Source: Escherichia phage Ptacy1496. From it: a stretch of DNA of 64,000 bases. Positions 12,166 through 22,302 of this stretch are shown piece by piece; positions within the stretch are counted from its first letter, which is position 1, and each line of letters begins with the position of its first letter. Under the pieces are notes generated by a model, which had not been told where the DNA came from, did no database searches, and saw only the letters and a program-made list of their open reading frames with translations. The translations under genes and the position numbers were made by a program. The stretch is from the sequence record PQ863253.1. One strand, given 5' to 3'.

Positions 12166-13584
12166 TTATGGATAGGTATAGATGATACCAGTTTCTAAAG
12201 CAGTTTTATGAATGATGTATCCATTACGCGATTCTTGAACATCAACTTCTGGATAGTCTTTCATCATCTTCTGAAGAGTGTAACGATGTAGGTAATATTT
12301 ACTATCTGGGTCGTCAGTTTTCCAATCTTTACCTTCTTCGGTCATTTTTTGGATTTCATCCATAACCCACCAACCGCACCAGATATAAGCTGAAGTACGA
12401 TGTGGAAGAGGATGAACATAAGGTAGTTCACCTTCTGGTTCTGGAGCAACTTTATCAGTTACCTGAACTTGACCTTCTGCTGTAATAGTTTTGCTATCGT
12501 AATCAGTTGCAGTAACGACAGCAGTAACTTCAATAGTTTGACTTCCAACAGATGAGGTATCGACAGTATATACGTTAGTTGACCCTTCTACAGGAGAAGA
12601 ATCTTTCTTCCATGAGTAAGTAATTTGTGCTTCTTCTGGAGCACCCGTAACATTAGCCGTAAATGTAGCCGGAGCATCTTGCTGAACATTAATAGAAGGA
12701 GGAGTCAATGTAACCTGTGGATTCATTGTCTTCTTATTAACTGTCAATGATACTTCATTAGAAGTAACTTCCTTTTCATTGTAATTTTCAGCAGTTACTT
12801 GGGCTACGCATTTAATTCTTTTTACTCCACTTGTAGTTGGAGTATAGCTAAATGTAGAGTTAGTTTCTCCACCAACTTGTGAATCATCTACATACCACTG
12901 ATACGTAGCAGACGCTCCATCAGGTTGAGAAGCTAAGGCAGCAGTAAATTGAACTGGGGTTCCGATTACTCCCGCTGGAGGACTATCAGGAGTTACTGCC
13001 AAAGTAGTTGTCTGCGTCTTTTTATTAACAGTCAGTGACACTTCATTGGAAGTAACTTCCTTTGTATCATAATCTGTCGCGGTTACTTGAGCTACGCACT
13101 TAATTGTTTTAACTCCGCTTGCGTCAGGAGTGTAATTGAATGTAGTGCTAGTTGCTTCGCCCACAGGAGAACCGTCAACGTACCATTGATACGTAGCGTT
13201 TGCACCTGATGGCTGTGAAGCTAAGGCAGCGGTAAATTCAATTGGAGTTCCAATCACTCCAGCATCAGGGCTACCAGGAGTTACTGCCAAAGTAGTTGTT
13301 TGTGTCTTATTTTGAACTGTGATAGTTGTACTAATTTCAGCTGTTTCAGGTTCAGATTCTGCAACTTGATTGGTTGCAACTACTTTAATAGTCTTTTGAC
13401 CGGCAGGTCCTTTTAGTACATAACTAAAAGTTGCTGACGTTTCTTCCTGTGGAGCGTCGTCTACAGTCCAAGCATATGTAATAGTTCCGCCTCCAGTTTC
13501 ACCACTGGGTGTAGCAGTAAACTGCTTAGTTTCATCAATAACCCCTGTCGGTGTTTTAGGAGTTATATCAACTGTAAAAGTCAT
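12166..13584 (-). CDS. hoc: Highly immunogenic outer capsid protein Hoc with an additional Ig-like domain
   Basis: 472 aa versus 376 aa in T4; two consecutive ~96 aa Ig-like domains (aa 93-188 and 189-284) are clear paralogs; conserved C-terminal capsid-binding region. Confidence 0.9.
   Translation of the reverse strand: MTFTVDITPKTPTGVIDETKQFTATPSGETGGGTITYAWTVDDAPQEETSATFSYVLKGPAGQKTIKVVATNQVAESEPETAEISTTITVQNKTQTTTLAVTPGSPDAGVIGTPIEFTAALASQPSGANATYQWYVDGSPVGEATSTTFNYTPDASGVKTIKCVAQVTATDYDTKEVTSNEVSLTVNKKTQTTTLAVTPDSPPAGVIGTPVQFTAALASQPDGASATYQWYVDDSQVGGETNSTFSYTPTTSGVKRIKCVAQVTAENYNEKEVTSNEVSLTVNKKTMNPQVTLTPPSINVQQDAPATFTANVTGAPEEAQITYSWKKDSSPVEGSTNVYTVDTSSVGSQTIEVTAVVTATDYDSKTITAEGQVQVTDKVAPEPEGELPYVHPLPHRTSAYIWCGWWVMDEIQKMTEEGKDWKTDDPDSKYYLHRYTLQKMMKDYPEVDVQESRNGYIIHKTALETGIIYTYP
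12733..13308 (-). repeat. Diverged tandem duplication encoding two ~96 aa Ig-like domains within hoc
   Basis: Two adjacent ~288-nt segments show extended nucleotide and protein similarity (KTQTTTLAVTP...EVSLTVNK twice). Confidence 0.8.
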
Positions 13585-13593
13585 AAGTTATCC

Positions 13594-14274
13594 TTATTTT
13601 AATGTTACGAAAGAAGAGTTGCGTGTTTCACGAATTAGAACTGATCCGTCACGGTTAATGTAATAAATTAAGCTAAATAAAGTTTGGTGTGCTGACGCAT
13701 GTTCAAAACTAGTTGGGTGAGATTTCCAATCAGGAGTTTCAGCAATCCATTGATAAATCCACCAAGGAACAGTACAGAATCCTGGATTTTTTCCAATCAA
13801 CTGAAGATTCGGGCTAAAGTTTTCCGGAAGAGTAAATACAGACGGCTTTTCAGATTCAATAATCTCAGCTACAGCCTGTTCAAATTTTTCTTCAACAAAT
13901 GGAGTATCTTCAATCAAAACATCGGTATTTTCAGGAATTTTATCTGTTTCTACTACTTCAATTTTAATGTCAGATTTAACCGGAGAATCAATCAAAAGTG
14001 CTGCTTCTGGATTGACTTCTTCATCGTCATATTTTAACCCCTCTGCAGCATCAGCAGCATCAATTAAGTCTTTAATAGATAACCCATCAGTCTCCGGCAT
14101 AGGTTCACTAGCGAGCTTCTGGAGAGCTTCTTCAATATCATTAACGATATTATCAAAAGATTTATTCTTTTTGACCTTTATACCAAACTGTTCAGCATAT
14201 TCAGCTAATTTAGCTTTAGCTTCTTTATTATCATCAAGAGCCTTCAGCTCTGCAATATAATCTTTATCTATCAT
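13594..14274 (-). CDS. inh: Prohead protease inhibitor Inh
   Basis: 226 aa, T4 Inh length and position. Confidence 0.85.
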   Translation of the reverse strand: MIDKDYIAELKALDDNKEAKAKLAEYAEQFGIKVKKNKSFDNIVNDIEEALQKLASEPMPETDGLSIKDLIDAADAAEGLKYDDEEVNPEAALLIDSPVKSDIKIEVVETDKIPENTDVLIEDTPFVEEKFEQAVAEIIESEKPSVFTLPENFSPNLQLIGKNPGFCTVPWWIYQWIAETPDWKSHPTSFEHASAHQTLFSLIYYINRDGSVLIRETRNSSFVTLK

Positions 14275-14287
14275 AATATTTCCTCAG

Positions 14288-14295
14288 TATAAATA
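14288..14295 (+). promoter_or_regulatory. Late promoter TATAAATA upstream of uvsW
   Basis: Exact consensus in inh/uvsW divergent intergenic region. Confidence 0.65.
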
Positions 14296-14324
14296 TAGAT
14301 ATATTTATTACATGGTATTTAGAC

Positions 14325-15836
14325 ATGACTGACATTAAAGTACATTTTTATGATTTTAGTCACGTGAGAATTGATTGCGAAGAAAGTACATTTCATGAAC
14401 TCCGTGATTTCTTTAGCTTTGAAGCTGATGGGTATCGTTTTAATCCGAAGTACAAATATGGCCACTGGGATGGACGAATTCGTCTTTTAGATTATAATCG
14501 CCTTCTTCCATTCGGTTTAGTCGGGCAAATTAAAAAGTTCTGCGATAACTTTGGCTATAAAGCCTGGATTGACCCACAGATTAACGAAAAAGAAGAATTA
14601 TCAAGAAAAGATTTTGATGAATGGCTTTCTAAATTAGAAATCTATTCAGGAAATAAAAGAATTGAACCGCATTGGTATCAAAAAGATGCAGTGTTCGAAG
14701 GATTAGTTAATCGTCGTAGAATTCTTAATCTTCCAACATCCGCTGGTAAATCGTTAATTCAAGCTTTGCTTGCGCGATATTATTTGGAAAATTATGAAGG
14801 TAAAATTCTTATCATTGTTCCAACAACTGCTCTAACAACTCAGATGGCTGATGACTTCGTTGACTATCGTTTATTCAGTCATGCAATGATAAAGAAAATT
14901 GGTGGCGGAGCATCAAAAGATGATAAATATAAAAATGATGCACCAGTCGTTGTTGGTACATGGCAAACTGTAGTAAAACAACCGAAAGAATGGTTCTCAC
15001 AGTTTGGAATGATGATGAATGATGAATGCCATCTTGCTACAGGAAAAAGTATTTCATCTATCATATCAGGTTTAAATAACTGCATGTTCAAATTTGGTCT
15101 ATCTGGTTCATTACGTGATGGCAAAGCCAATATCATGCAGTATGTTGGAATGTTTGGTGAAATATTTAAGCCAGTAACGACTTCTAAGTTAATGGAAGAT
15201 GGACAAGTAACTGAGCTAAAAATTAATAGTATTTTTCTTCGCTATCCCGATGAGTTCACTACTAAATTAAAGGGAAAAACTTATCAAGAAGAAATAAAAA
15301 TTATTACGGGGCTTAGTAAAAGAAATAAATGGATCGCTAAATTGGCTATTAAGCTTGCACAAAAAGATGAAAACGCTTTTGTCATGTTTAAACATGTATC
15401 ACATGGTAAAGCTATTTTCGATTTAATTAAAAATGAATACGATAAAGTTTATTACGTATCAGGGGAAGTTGATACCGAAACCCGCAATATAATGAAAACC
15501 TTAGCTGAAAATGGTAAAGGAATAATTATAGTAGCTAGTTATGGTGTATTTTCTACTGGTATTTCAGTTAAAAATCTGCATCACGTTGTTTTAGCGCACG
15601 GTGTTAAATCAAAAATCATTGTATTACAAACAATCGGTCGTGTATTACGTAAGCATGGTTCTAAAACAATCGCAACAGTCTGGGACCTCATAGATGACTG
15701 TGGTGTCAAGCCAAAATCTGCTAATACTAAAAAGAAATATGTTCACTTGAACTATCTTTTAAAACACGGCATTGATCGTATTCAGCGCTACGCAGATGAA
15801 AAATTTAATTACGTAATGAAAACAGTTAATTTATAA
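14325..15836 (+). CDS. uvsW: UvsW DNA/RNA helicase (SF2)
   Basis: 503 aa; Walker A LPTSAGKS, DECH box; late promoter upstream. Confidence 0.93.
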   Translation: MTDIKVHFYDFSHVRIDCEESTFHELRDFFSFEADGYRFNPKYKYGHWDGRIRLLDYNRLLPFGLVGQIKKFCDNFGYKAWIDPQINEKEELSRKDFDEWLSKLEIYSGNKRIEPHWYQKDAVFEGLVNRRRILNLPTSAGKSLIQALLARYYLENYEGKILIIVPTTALTTQMADDFVDYRLFSHAMIKKIGGGASKDDKYKNDAPVVVGTWQTVVKQPKEWFSQFGMMMNDECHLATGKSISSIISGLNNCMFKFGLSGSLRDGKANIMQYVGMFGEIFKPVTTSKLMEDGQVTELKINSIFLRYPDEFTTKLKGKTYQEEIKIITGLSKRNKWIAKLAIKLAQKDENAFVMFKHVSHGKAIFDLIKNEYDKVYYVSGEVDTETRNIMKTLAENGKGIIIVASYGVFSTGISVKNLHHVVLAHGVKSKIIVLQTIGRVLRKHGSKTIATVWDLIDDCGVKPKSANTKKKYVHLNYLLKHGIDRIQRYADEKFNYVMKTVNL

Positions 15837-15861
15837 GGGCTTCGGCCCTTTGGAGAAAAAG

Positions 15862-16092
15862 ATGTTACTAGAATTTAAACAATTTCTTTATGAAGCTTCT
15901 ATTGATGAATTTATGGGTAAAATTGCCTCTTGTCAAACATTAGAAGGTTTAGAAGAACTTGAAGCTTATTATAAGAAAAGAGTTAAAGAAACTGAATTAA
16001 AAGATACTGATGACATCTCAGTCAGAGATGCTTTGGCAGGAAAAAGAGCTGAATTAGAAGATTCAGACGATGAAGTAGAAGAAAGCTTTTAA
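15862..16092 (+). CDS. uvsW.1: UvsW.1 small acidic protein
   Basis: 76 aa from ATG 15862 with GGAG 6 nt upstream (ORF track begins at TTG 15850). Confidence 0.8.
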   Translation: MLLEFKQFLYEASIDEFMGKIASCQTLEGLEELEAYYKKRVKETELKDTDDISVRDALAGKRAELEDSDDEVEESF

Positions 16093-16147
16093 ATTAAAAA
16101 AGGCCCAACCAAAAAGGAAGGGCCAAAACTATAGACTAAAGGTCACA

Positions 16148-16315
16148 CTATAGCAAAAGTTGCGTTTCATTTAATTGTTCTTCCGAACTTTCTGAAACTG
16201 GTAGTTCTTTAATGTAATTATAGCAAGGCCCAGGATGTACAGGACCTTTGTCTGTTTCAACAACCAATGCAGAATCGATTGGAGTTTTACAGACAACACA
16301 AATCTTATCTGACAT
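16148..16315 (-). CDS. Small Cys-containing protein, 55 aa (T4 uvsY.-2 position); absent from ORF track
   Basis: Manually translated: MSDKICVVCKTPIDSALVVETDKGPVHPGPCYNYIKELPVSESSEEQLNETQLLL; ATG preceded by GAGGAG at 6 nt. Confidence 0.55.
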   Translation of the reverse strand: MSDKICVVCKTPIDSALVVETDKGPVHPGPCYNYIKELPVSESSEEQLNETQLLL

Positions 16316-16343
16316 GATTGTCTCCTCTGAATTATATATCTAT

Positions 16344-16568
16344 TTATACAACTCTCATATGCATATCAATGCCCATATCTTTAGAATAAAAATATTCATC
16401 AAGATATCCGGCAAATTTTCCTTTAATATAAAGAACATCTTCACCGCACGGGTGGTCGGCCAGGATACGAATATCCTGACGCTTAAGATTATGCTTTTTC
16501 ATTAAGAATTGAATTTCCGTTTCAAATTCTTCTTCATAATTAAAAGCATCATCAATGTTATATCTCAT
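16344..16568 (-). CDS. Hypothetical protein (T4 uvsY.-1 position)
   Basis: 74 aa ORF, stop adjacent to uvsY. Confidence 0.65.
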   Translation of the reverse strand: MRYNIDDAFNYEEEFETEIQFLMKKHNLKRQDIRILADHPCGEDVLYIKGKFAGYLDEYFYSKDMGIDMHMRVV

Positions 16569-16981
16569 TATTTTCCAGCCTCAAATGCTCGCATGTCTTG
16601 AATATGCTTAATAGCAAATCCACGTGATTTAATAGCATCAAGAGCTCCGCTACAGAAATCTAATAAAATCCCCCAATACTGTAACGAGGTATCAACCTTT
16701 AAAACATCCTTATCAGCTGATAGAACTGTCTTCATTTCTGATTTCTCGTAACGATCCATACTAAATTCATCACCATCTCCTCGTCCCGAGTAGTAGTCTA
16801 ATTTAGCTTTAAGAGCAACTTTTTTCTGTGCTTCAATTCTAAGCATTTCCTTTTTAATACTTGAATGCTTATTAAGCCATTTACTATATAACATCACATT
16901 ATTAGCTGCTTCATACTGTAATTTAGTCGAATCTATAAACACATCTTTCTTCAATTCTTCTTGAAGATCTTCTAATCTCAT
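16568..16981 (-). CDS. uvsY: UvsY recombination mediator
   Basis: 137 aa, T4 UvsY length; MotA-type promoter upstream. Confidence 0.93.
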   Translation of the reverse strand: MRLEDLQEELKKDVFIDSTKLQYEAANNVMLYSKWLNKHSSIKKEMLRIEAQKKVALKAKLDYYSGRGDGDEFSMDRYEKSEMKTVLSADKDVLKVDTSLQYWGILLDFCSGALDAIKSRGFAIKHIQDMRAFEAGK

Positions 16982-17021
16982 ATTGTTCTCTATTCAATTG
17001 TTATTGGATGGACTTAGATTC

Positions 17022-17048
17022 ATTATACCACGTTTATACGTGAAGCAT
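17022..17048 (-). promoter_or_regulatory. Putative MotA-dependent middle promoter of uvsY
   Basis: Minus strand ATGCTTCA (MotA box-like) followed 13 nt later by TATAAT. Confidence 0.55.
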
Positions 17049-17446
17049 TATACTCTATTACTGGAAGCCAGTTGTAGTTTTATCTGCTCAATATCATCAG
17101 GGTTATCGATGACTGAAAAGCGTATTTCTACTATCAAAGTATAATCATCATAAACCGGTATTACATTAACTGCTAATTTATCAATACGTGGCTCATAGTT
17201 TCTTACTGCGCTTTCGATATTACGCTCAACCGTGTCAGCAGTAAGAGGAGTCATATTCTCAAAAAGTTGGTCAGATAAATCGCATCCAAATTCAGGGTCA
17301 AACGGTCTTGAACCTTTTCTTGTTGTAATAATTCCTAAAAGACTATTTTTAATTGACCTTAATCCAAGTGATCTTGAAACGTCTTTGTTCCAATCCATTT
17401 TCATCTCTGGGTCAATATCAGAATAAAGCTTATTAATATTTGCCAT
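17048..17446 (-). CDS. 25: Baseplate wedge protein gp25
   Basis: 132 aa, T4 gp25 length. Confidence 0.92.
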   Translation of the reverse strand: MANINKLYSDIDPEMKMDWNKDVSRSLGLRSIKNSLLGIITTRKGSRPFDPEFGCDLSDQLFENMTPLTADTVERNIESAVRNYEPRIDKLAVNVIPVYDDYTLIVEIRFSVIDNPDDIEQIKLQLASSNRV

Positions 17447-18072
17447 TACAATAGCTCAAAGAATTCTTTGAGTCCTCTTATTACATGAGCGTGAGTTTTT
17501 CCACACTCTGGACATTTAATTGGAACAGCCAAATAAACAGTAGGCTTTAAAAGCATATCTTTTATAGCTACAATATCTGACTCTGTGATGATAGAATATA
17601 AATCTTCTAGTTCCTTTTCATTTAAGTTTTCAACTGGAATGCTTTCCCCGTTAGCATGAATCGTTTCTATACATGATACTATCATGTGGGCTATATTTTT
17701 ATCATCAAAAATTTTAGGGTATCGGAATTTAATTTTAATGTCACCCAGTGTATACCAAAGGTCTTCTGGTGCATCTATTTGTGTATGTAATAGATTTATA
17801 TGGGTTGGTATTTTAGTTCCGCAGGTGCACTTCCAGGAGTTTTCGTGATTAACTTCTCCAAGAGAATGCGCCCATAAATGAATCAACAATAGTTCTGATT
17901 CTTGGCGATTTAAATCTTTTGCATTTGTGCAGTCTTTGATTAGCTTTTTAACAATTACTTCTACAGAACCATTATTTTTGGCAGTAATAAGTTCTAGATA
18001 TTCTTTAAGAGTAAATGCGCGACAGTTGATTATTTTAGAACCAACTCTCACATCAAATTTGTATTCATACAT
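17446..18072 (-). CDS. 26: Baseplate hub protein gp26
   Basis: 208 aa, T4 gp26 length; divergent late promoter with gene 51. Confidence 0.9.
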   Translation of the reverse strand: MYEYKFDVRVGSKIINCRAFTLKEYLELITAKNNGSVEVIVKKLIKDCTNAKDLNRQESELLLIHLWAHSLGEVNHENSWKCTCGTKIPTHINLLHTQIDAPEDLWYTLGDIKIKFRYPKIFDDKNIAHMIVSCIETIHANGESIPVENLNEKELEDLYSIITESDIVAIKDMLLKPTVYLAVPIKCPECGKTHAHVIRGLKEFFELL

Positions 18073-18093
18073 ATTTAGCTCCTTTATTTATCA

Positions 18094-18105
18094 TATTTAT
18101 AAATA
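18094..18105. promoter_or_regulatory. Overlapping divergent late promoters for gene 26 (minus) and gene 51 (plus)
   Basis: TATTTATAAATA contains TATAAATA on both strands. Confidence 0.65.
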
Positions 18106-18122
18106 GAATAAAAGGAGCATCT

Positions 18123-18872
18123 ATGGCAAACATTATTCGTTGTAAATTACCAGATGGTGTTCATCGTTTTAAACCATTTACGGTAGAAGATTATCGAGAT
18201 TTTTTGTTAGTTCGAAACGATATAGAGCATCGGTCACCACAAGAACAAAAAGAAATAATTACTGATTTAATTGATGATTATTTTGGAGACTATCCGAAGA
18301 CTTGGCAACCATTTATATTTTTGCAGGTATTTGTAGGTTCAATAGGTAAAACTAAAGTACCAGTCACATTTGTATGTCCAAAATGTAAAAAAGAAAAGAC
18401 AGTTCCATTTGAAATATATCAAAAAGAATTAAAGGAACCTATTTTTGATGTAGCTAATGTTAAAATTAAATTAAATTTTCCTTCTGAGTTTTATGAAAAT
18501 AAAGCAAAGATGATTACTGAAAATATTCATTCTGTTCAAGTAGATGAAATGTGGTATGATTGGAAGGAAATTAGTGAATCGAGTCAAATAGAACTTGTTG
18601 ACGCCATCGAGATAGAAACATTAGAAAAAATTCTCGATGCAATGAATCCTATTAATTTAACATTGCACATGTCGTGTTGTGATAAGTACATTAAAAAATA
18701 CACTGATATAGTAGATGTGTTTAAGCTATTAGTTAATCCAGATGAGATATTTACTTTTTATCAAATTAATCACACGCTTGTAAAAAGTAATTATAGCTTA
18801 AATTCAATAATGAAAATGATTCCTGCCGAGCGCGGATTCGTATTAAAACTGATTGAGAAGGATAAACAATAA
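18123..18872 (+). CDS. 51: Baseplate hub assembly catalyst gp51
   Basis: 249 aa, T4 gp51 length; SD AAGGAG. Confidence 0.9.
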   Translation: MANIIRCKLPDGVHRFKPFTVEDYRDFLLVRNDIEHRSPQEQKEIITDLIDDYFGDYPKTWQPFIFLQVFVGSIGKTKVPVTFVCPKCKKEKTVPFEIYQKELKEPIFDVANVKIKLNFPSEFYENKAKMITENIHSVQVDEMWYDWKEISESSQIELVDAIEIETLEKILDAMNPINLTLHMSCCDKYIKKYTDIVDVFKLLVNPDEIFTFYQINHTLVKSNYSLNSIMKMIPAERGFVLKLIEKDKQ

Positions 18873-20044
18873 TGAGTATGTTGCAACGCCCCGGATATCC
18901 AAATCTCAGCGTTAAATTATTTGAGAGTTATGACGCTTGGAGTAATAATAGATTTGTTGAATTAGCTGCTACTATTACCACATTAACTATGCGGGATTCT
19001 CTTTATGGTCGAAATGAAGGAATGCTACAATTTTATGATTCTAAAAATATCCATACAAAAATGGATGGAAATGAAATAATTCAGATTTCTGTAGCTAATG
19101 CAAACGATATTAATAATGTTAAAACAAGAATTTATGGATGTAAGCATTTTTCTGTATCTGTAGATTCAAAAGGTGATAACATCATTGCTATTGAATTGGG
19201 AACTATTCATTCTATAGAAAATCTTAAATTTGGTAGACCATTTTTCCCTGATGCAGGTGAATCTATAAAAGAAATGCTTGGTGTCATTTATCAAGACCGC
19301 ACATTATTAACTCCAGCAATAAATGCTATAAATGCTTATGTTCCTGATATTCCATGGACTAGCACATTTGAAAACTATTTGTCATATGTAAGAGAAGTTG
19401 CTCTAGCGGTAGGAAGCGATAAGTTCGTATTTGTATGGCAAGACATCATGGGAGTTAACATGATGGACTATGATATGATGATAAATCAAGAACCATATCC
19501 AATGATTGTAGGTGAGCCAACTTTAATAGGTCAATTCGTCCAAGAATTGAAATATCCATTAGCATATGATTTTGTTTGGTTGACTAAATCAAACCCGCAT
19601 AAACGTGATCCAATGAAAAATGCTACTATCTATGCTCATTCGTTTTTAGATTCTTCACTGCCAATGATTACTACAGGAAAGGGTGAAAACTCTATTGTAG
19701 TGTCAAGGTCAGGTGCTTATTCTGAAATGACTTATAGAAATGGATATGAAGAAGCTATTCGTCTTCAGACTATGGCGCAATATGATGGCTATGCTAAATG
19801 TTCTACTGTCGGTAATTTTAACTTGACTCCTGGTGTTAAAATTATTTTTAATGATAGTAAAAACCAATTTAAAACAGAATTTTACGTTGATGAAGTTATT
19901 CACGAATTATCAAATAATAATTCCGTAACTCATCTTTACATGTTCACTAATGCAACGAAACTGGAAACAATCGACCCAGTTAAGGTTAAAAATGAATTTA
20001 AAACTGATACTACCACTGAAGAAAGTAGTTCTTCCGATAAGTAA
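18872..20044 (+). CDS. 27: Baseplate hub protein gp27
   Basis: 390 aa, T4 gp27 position. Confidence 0.92.
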   Translation: MSMLQRPGYPNLSVKLFESYDAWSNNRFVELAATITTLTMRDSLYGRNEGMLQFYDSKNIHTKMDGNEIIQISVANANDINNVKTRIYGCKHFSVSVDSKGDNIIAIELGTIHSIENLKFGRPFFPDAGESIKEMLGVIYQDRTLLTPAINAINAYVPDIPWTSTFENYLSYVREVALAVGSDKFVFVWQDIMGVNMMDYDMMINQEPYPMIVGEPTLIGQFVQELKYPLAYDFVWLTKSNPHKRDPMKNATIYAHSFLDSSLPMITTGKGENSIVVSRSGAYSEMTYRNGYEEAIRLQTMAQYDGYAKCSTVGNFNLTPGVKIIFNDSKNQFKTEFYVDEVIHELSNNNSVTHLYMFTNATKLETIDPVKVKNEFKTDTTTEESSSSDK

Positions 20045-20525
20045 TAAAGAAGTTTCTATTCCTAAGATGGGTCTTAAACATTATAACATTTTAAAAGATG
20101 TTAAAGGTCCTGATGAAAATTTAAAGCTTCTTATTGATTCTATTTGTCCAAATTTATCACCGGCAGAAGTTGATTTCGTTTCTATTCATTTGCTAGAATT
20201 TAATGGAAAGATTAAATCTCGTAAAGAAATAGATGGTTATACTTATGATATTAATGACGTTTATGTATGCCAAAGATTGGAATTTCAATACCAAGGAAAT
20301 ACATTTTATTTTAGACCTCCTGGAAAATTTGAACAATTTTTAACTGTAAGCGATATGTTATCCAAATGCTTGCTTAAGATCAATGATGAAGTTAAAGAAA
20401 TTAATTTTCTTGAGATGCCAGCATTTGTTTTAAAATGGGCAAATGATATTTCTACAACTTTAGCAATTCCTGGCCCTAATGGTCCAATAACCGGAATTGG
20501 CAATATTATTGGATTATTTGAATGA
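19992..20525 (+). CDS. 28: Baseplate hub distal subunit gp28
   Basis: 177 aa from ATG 19992 (ORF track extends upstream to 19950, overlapping gp27). Confidence 0.85.
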   Translation: MNLKLILPLKKVVLPISNKEVSIPKMGLKHYNILKDVKGPDENLKLLIDSICPNLSPAEVDFVSIHLLEFNGKIKSRKEIDGYTYDINDVYVCQRLEFQYQGNTFYFRPPGKFEQFLTVSDMLSKCLLKINDEVKEINFLEMPAFVLKWANDISTTLAIPGPNGPITGIGNIIGLFE

Positions 20526-22294
20526 AAAAGCCACAAGAAATGCAAACGATGCGTAGAAAAGTTATTTCAGATAATAAACCAACACAGGAAGCGGCTAAAT
20601 CCGCTTCTAATACTTTATCTGGTCTTAATAACATTTCTACAAAATTAGATGATGCTCAAGCTGCTTCTGAATTAATAGCTCAGACTGTTGAAGAAAAATC
20701 AAATGAAATAGTTGGAGCAATTGATAACGTTGAAAGCGCAGTAAGTGATACTACTGCCGGTTCTGAGTTAATTGCCGAGACTGTTGAAATTGGCAATAAT
20801 ATCAATAAAGAAATAGGCGAATCACTCGGAAGCAAATTAGATAAATTAACGAGTTTATTAGAACAAAAAATTCAAACAGCTGGAATTCAACAGACTGGAA
20901 CGAGTTTAGCAGTAGTCGAAAATGCTATTCCTGTTAAAGTTGTTGAGGACGATACAGCTGAATCCGTGGGTCCTTTATTACCAGCTCCTGAAGCAGTTAA
21001 TAATGATCCTGACGCTGATTTTTTCCCTGCCCCTCAACCAGTTGAACCTAAGCGAGAGTCACCGGAAGAAAAACAGAAAAAAGAAGCATTTAATTTAAAA
21101 TTATCTCAAGCTTTAGATAAATTAACAAAGACTGTTGATTTTGGATTTAAAAAATCCATTTCAATTACTGATAAAATATCAAGCATGCTATTTAAGTATA
21201 CTGTCAGTGCTGCTATTGAAGCTGCTAAAATGGTTGCATTAATAATGGCTGTTGTTATTGGAATAGACCTACTGATGGTTCATTTTAAATATTGGTCAGA
21301 TAAATTTTCAAAAGCCTGGGATTTGTTTAGCACTGATTTTAAAACTTTTTCAAGCGAAACCGGAACTTGGGGTCCTTTATTACAGAGCATCTTTGAATCT
21401 ATTGATGAAATTAAAAAGTTCTGGGAAGCGGGAGATTGGGGCGGTTTGACGGTAGCTATTGTAGAAGGGCTTGGAAAGGTTCTTTATAATTTAGGAGAAC
21501 TTATTCAGCTTGGAATGGCTAAATTATCAGCAGCAATTCTTCGAGTTATTCCTGGTATGAAAGATACTGCTGACGAAGTAGAAGGAAGAGCACTGGAAAA
21601 TTTCCAAAATTCTACTGGAGCATCTCTCAATAAAGAAGACCAGGAAAAAGTTGCGAATTATCAAGATAAACGAATGAATGGAGACCTTGGTCCGATAGCA
21701 GAAGGACTAGACAAAATTGCGAACTGGAAAACTCGTGCATCTAACTGGATTCGTGGTGTTGATAATAAAGAAGCATTGACAACTGATGAAGAACGCGCAG
21801 CAGAAGAAGAAAAATTAAAGCAGCTTTCACCAGAAGAAAGAAAAAATGCTTTAATGAAGGCTAATGAAGCCCGTGCCGCGATGATTCGTTTTGAAAAATA
21901 TGCTGATTCAGCTGATATGAGTAAAGACTCAACGGTTAAATCAGTTGAAGCTGCCTATGAAGACCTTAAAAAACGAATGGATGACCCGGATTTAAATAAT
22001 TCACCGGCAGTTAAAAAAGAACTTGCTGCTAGATTTTCTAAAATTGATGCTACTTATCAAGAGCTCAAGAAAAATCAGCCTAATGCCAAACCTCAAACTT
22101 CTGCTAAATCGCCAGAAGCAAAACAAGTCCAGGTAATAGAAAAGAACAAAGCACAGCAAGCTCCTATTCAACAAGCATCTCCTTCAATCAATAATACTAA
22201 TAATGTTATTAAGAAAAATACTGTCGTTCATAATATGACACCCGTAACGAGCACGACTGCTCCTGGTGTATTTGATGCGACTGGAGTTAATTAA
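20522..22294 (+). CDS. 29: Baseplate hub / tail length determinator gp29
   Basis: 590 aa, T4 gp29 length. Confidence 0.92.
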   Translation: MKKPQEMQTMRRKVISDNKPTQEAAKSASNTLSGLNNISTKLDDAQAASELIAQTVEEKSNEIVGAIDNVESAVSDTTAGSELIAETVEIGNNINKEIGESLGSKLDKLTSLLEQKIQTAGIQQTGTSLAVVENAIPVKVVEDDTAESVGPLLPAPEAVNNDPDADFFPAPQPVEPKRESPEEKQKKEAFNLKLSQALDKLTKTVDFGFKKSISITDKISSMLFKYTVSAAIEAAKMVALIMAVVIGIDLLMVHFKYWSDKFSKAWDLFSTDFKTFSSETGTWGPLLQSIFESIDEIKKFWEAGDWGGLTVAIVEGLGKVLYNLGELIQLGMAKLSAAILRVIPGMKDTADEVEGRALENFQNSTGASLNKEDQEKVANYQDKRMNGDLGPIAEGLDKIANWKTRASNWIRGVDNKEALTTDEERAAEEEKLKQLSPEERKNALMKANEARAAMIRFEKYADSADMSKDSTVKSVEAAYEDLKKRMDDPDLNNSPAVKKELAARFSKIDATYQELKKNQPNAKPQTSAKSPEAKQVQVIEKNKAQQAPIQQASPSINNTNNVIKKNTVVHNMTPVTSTTAPGVFDATGVN

Positions 22295-22302
22295 GGAATA
22301 AT

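Noticed and set aside
13699-14260. Plus-strand ORFs of 112 and 97 aa
   Set aside because: Antisense within inh; low-complexity products.
16248-16505. 85-aa plus-strand ORF between uvsW.1 and uvsY
   Set aside because: Overlaps two better-supported minus-strand genes (the 55-aa ORF and the 74-aa ORF) and lacks an RBS.
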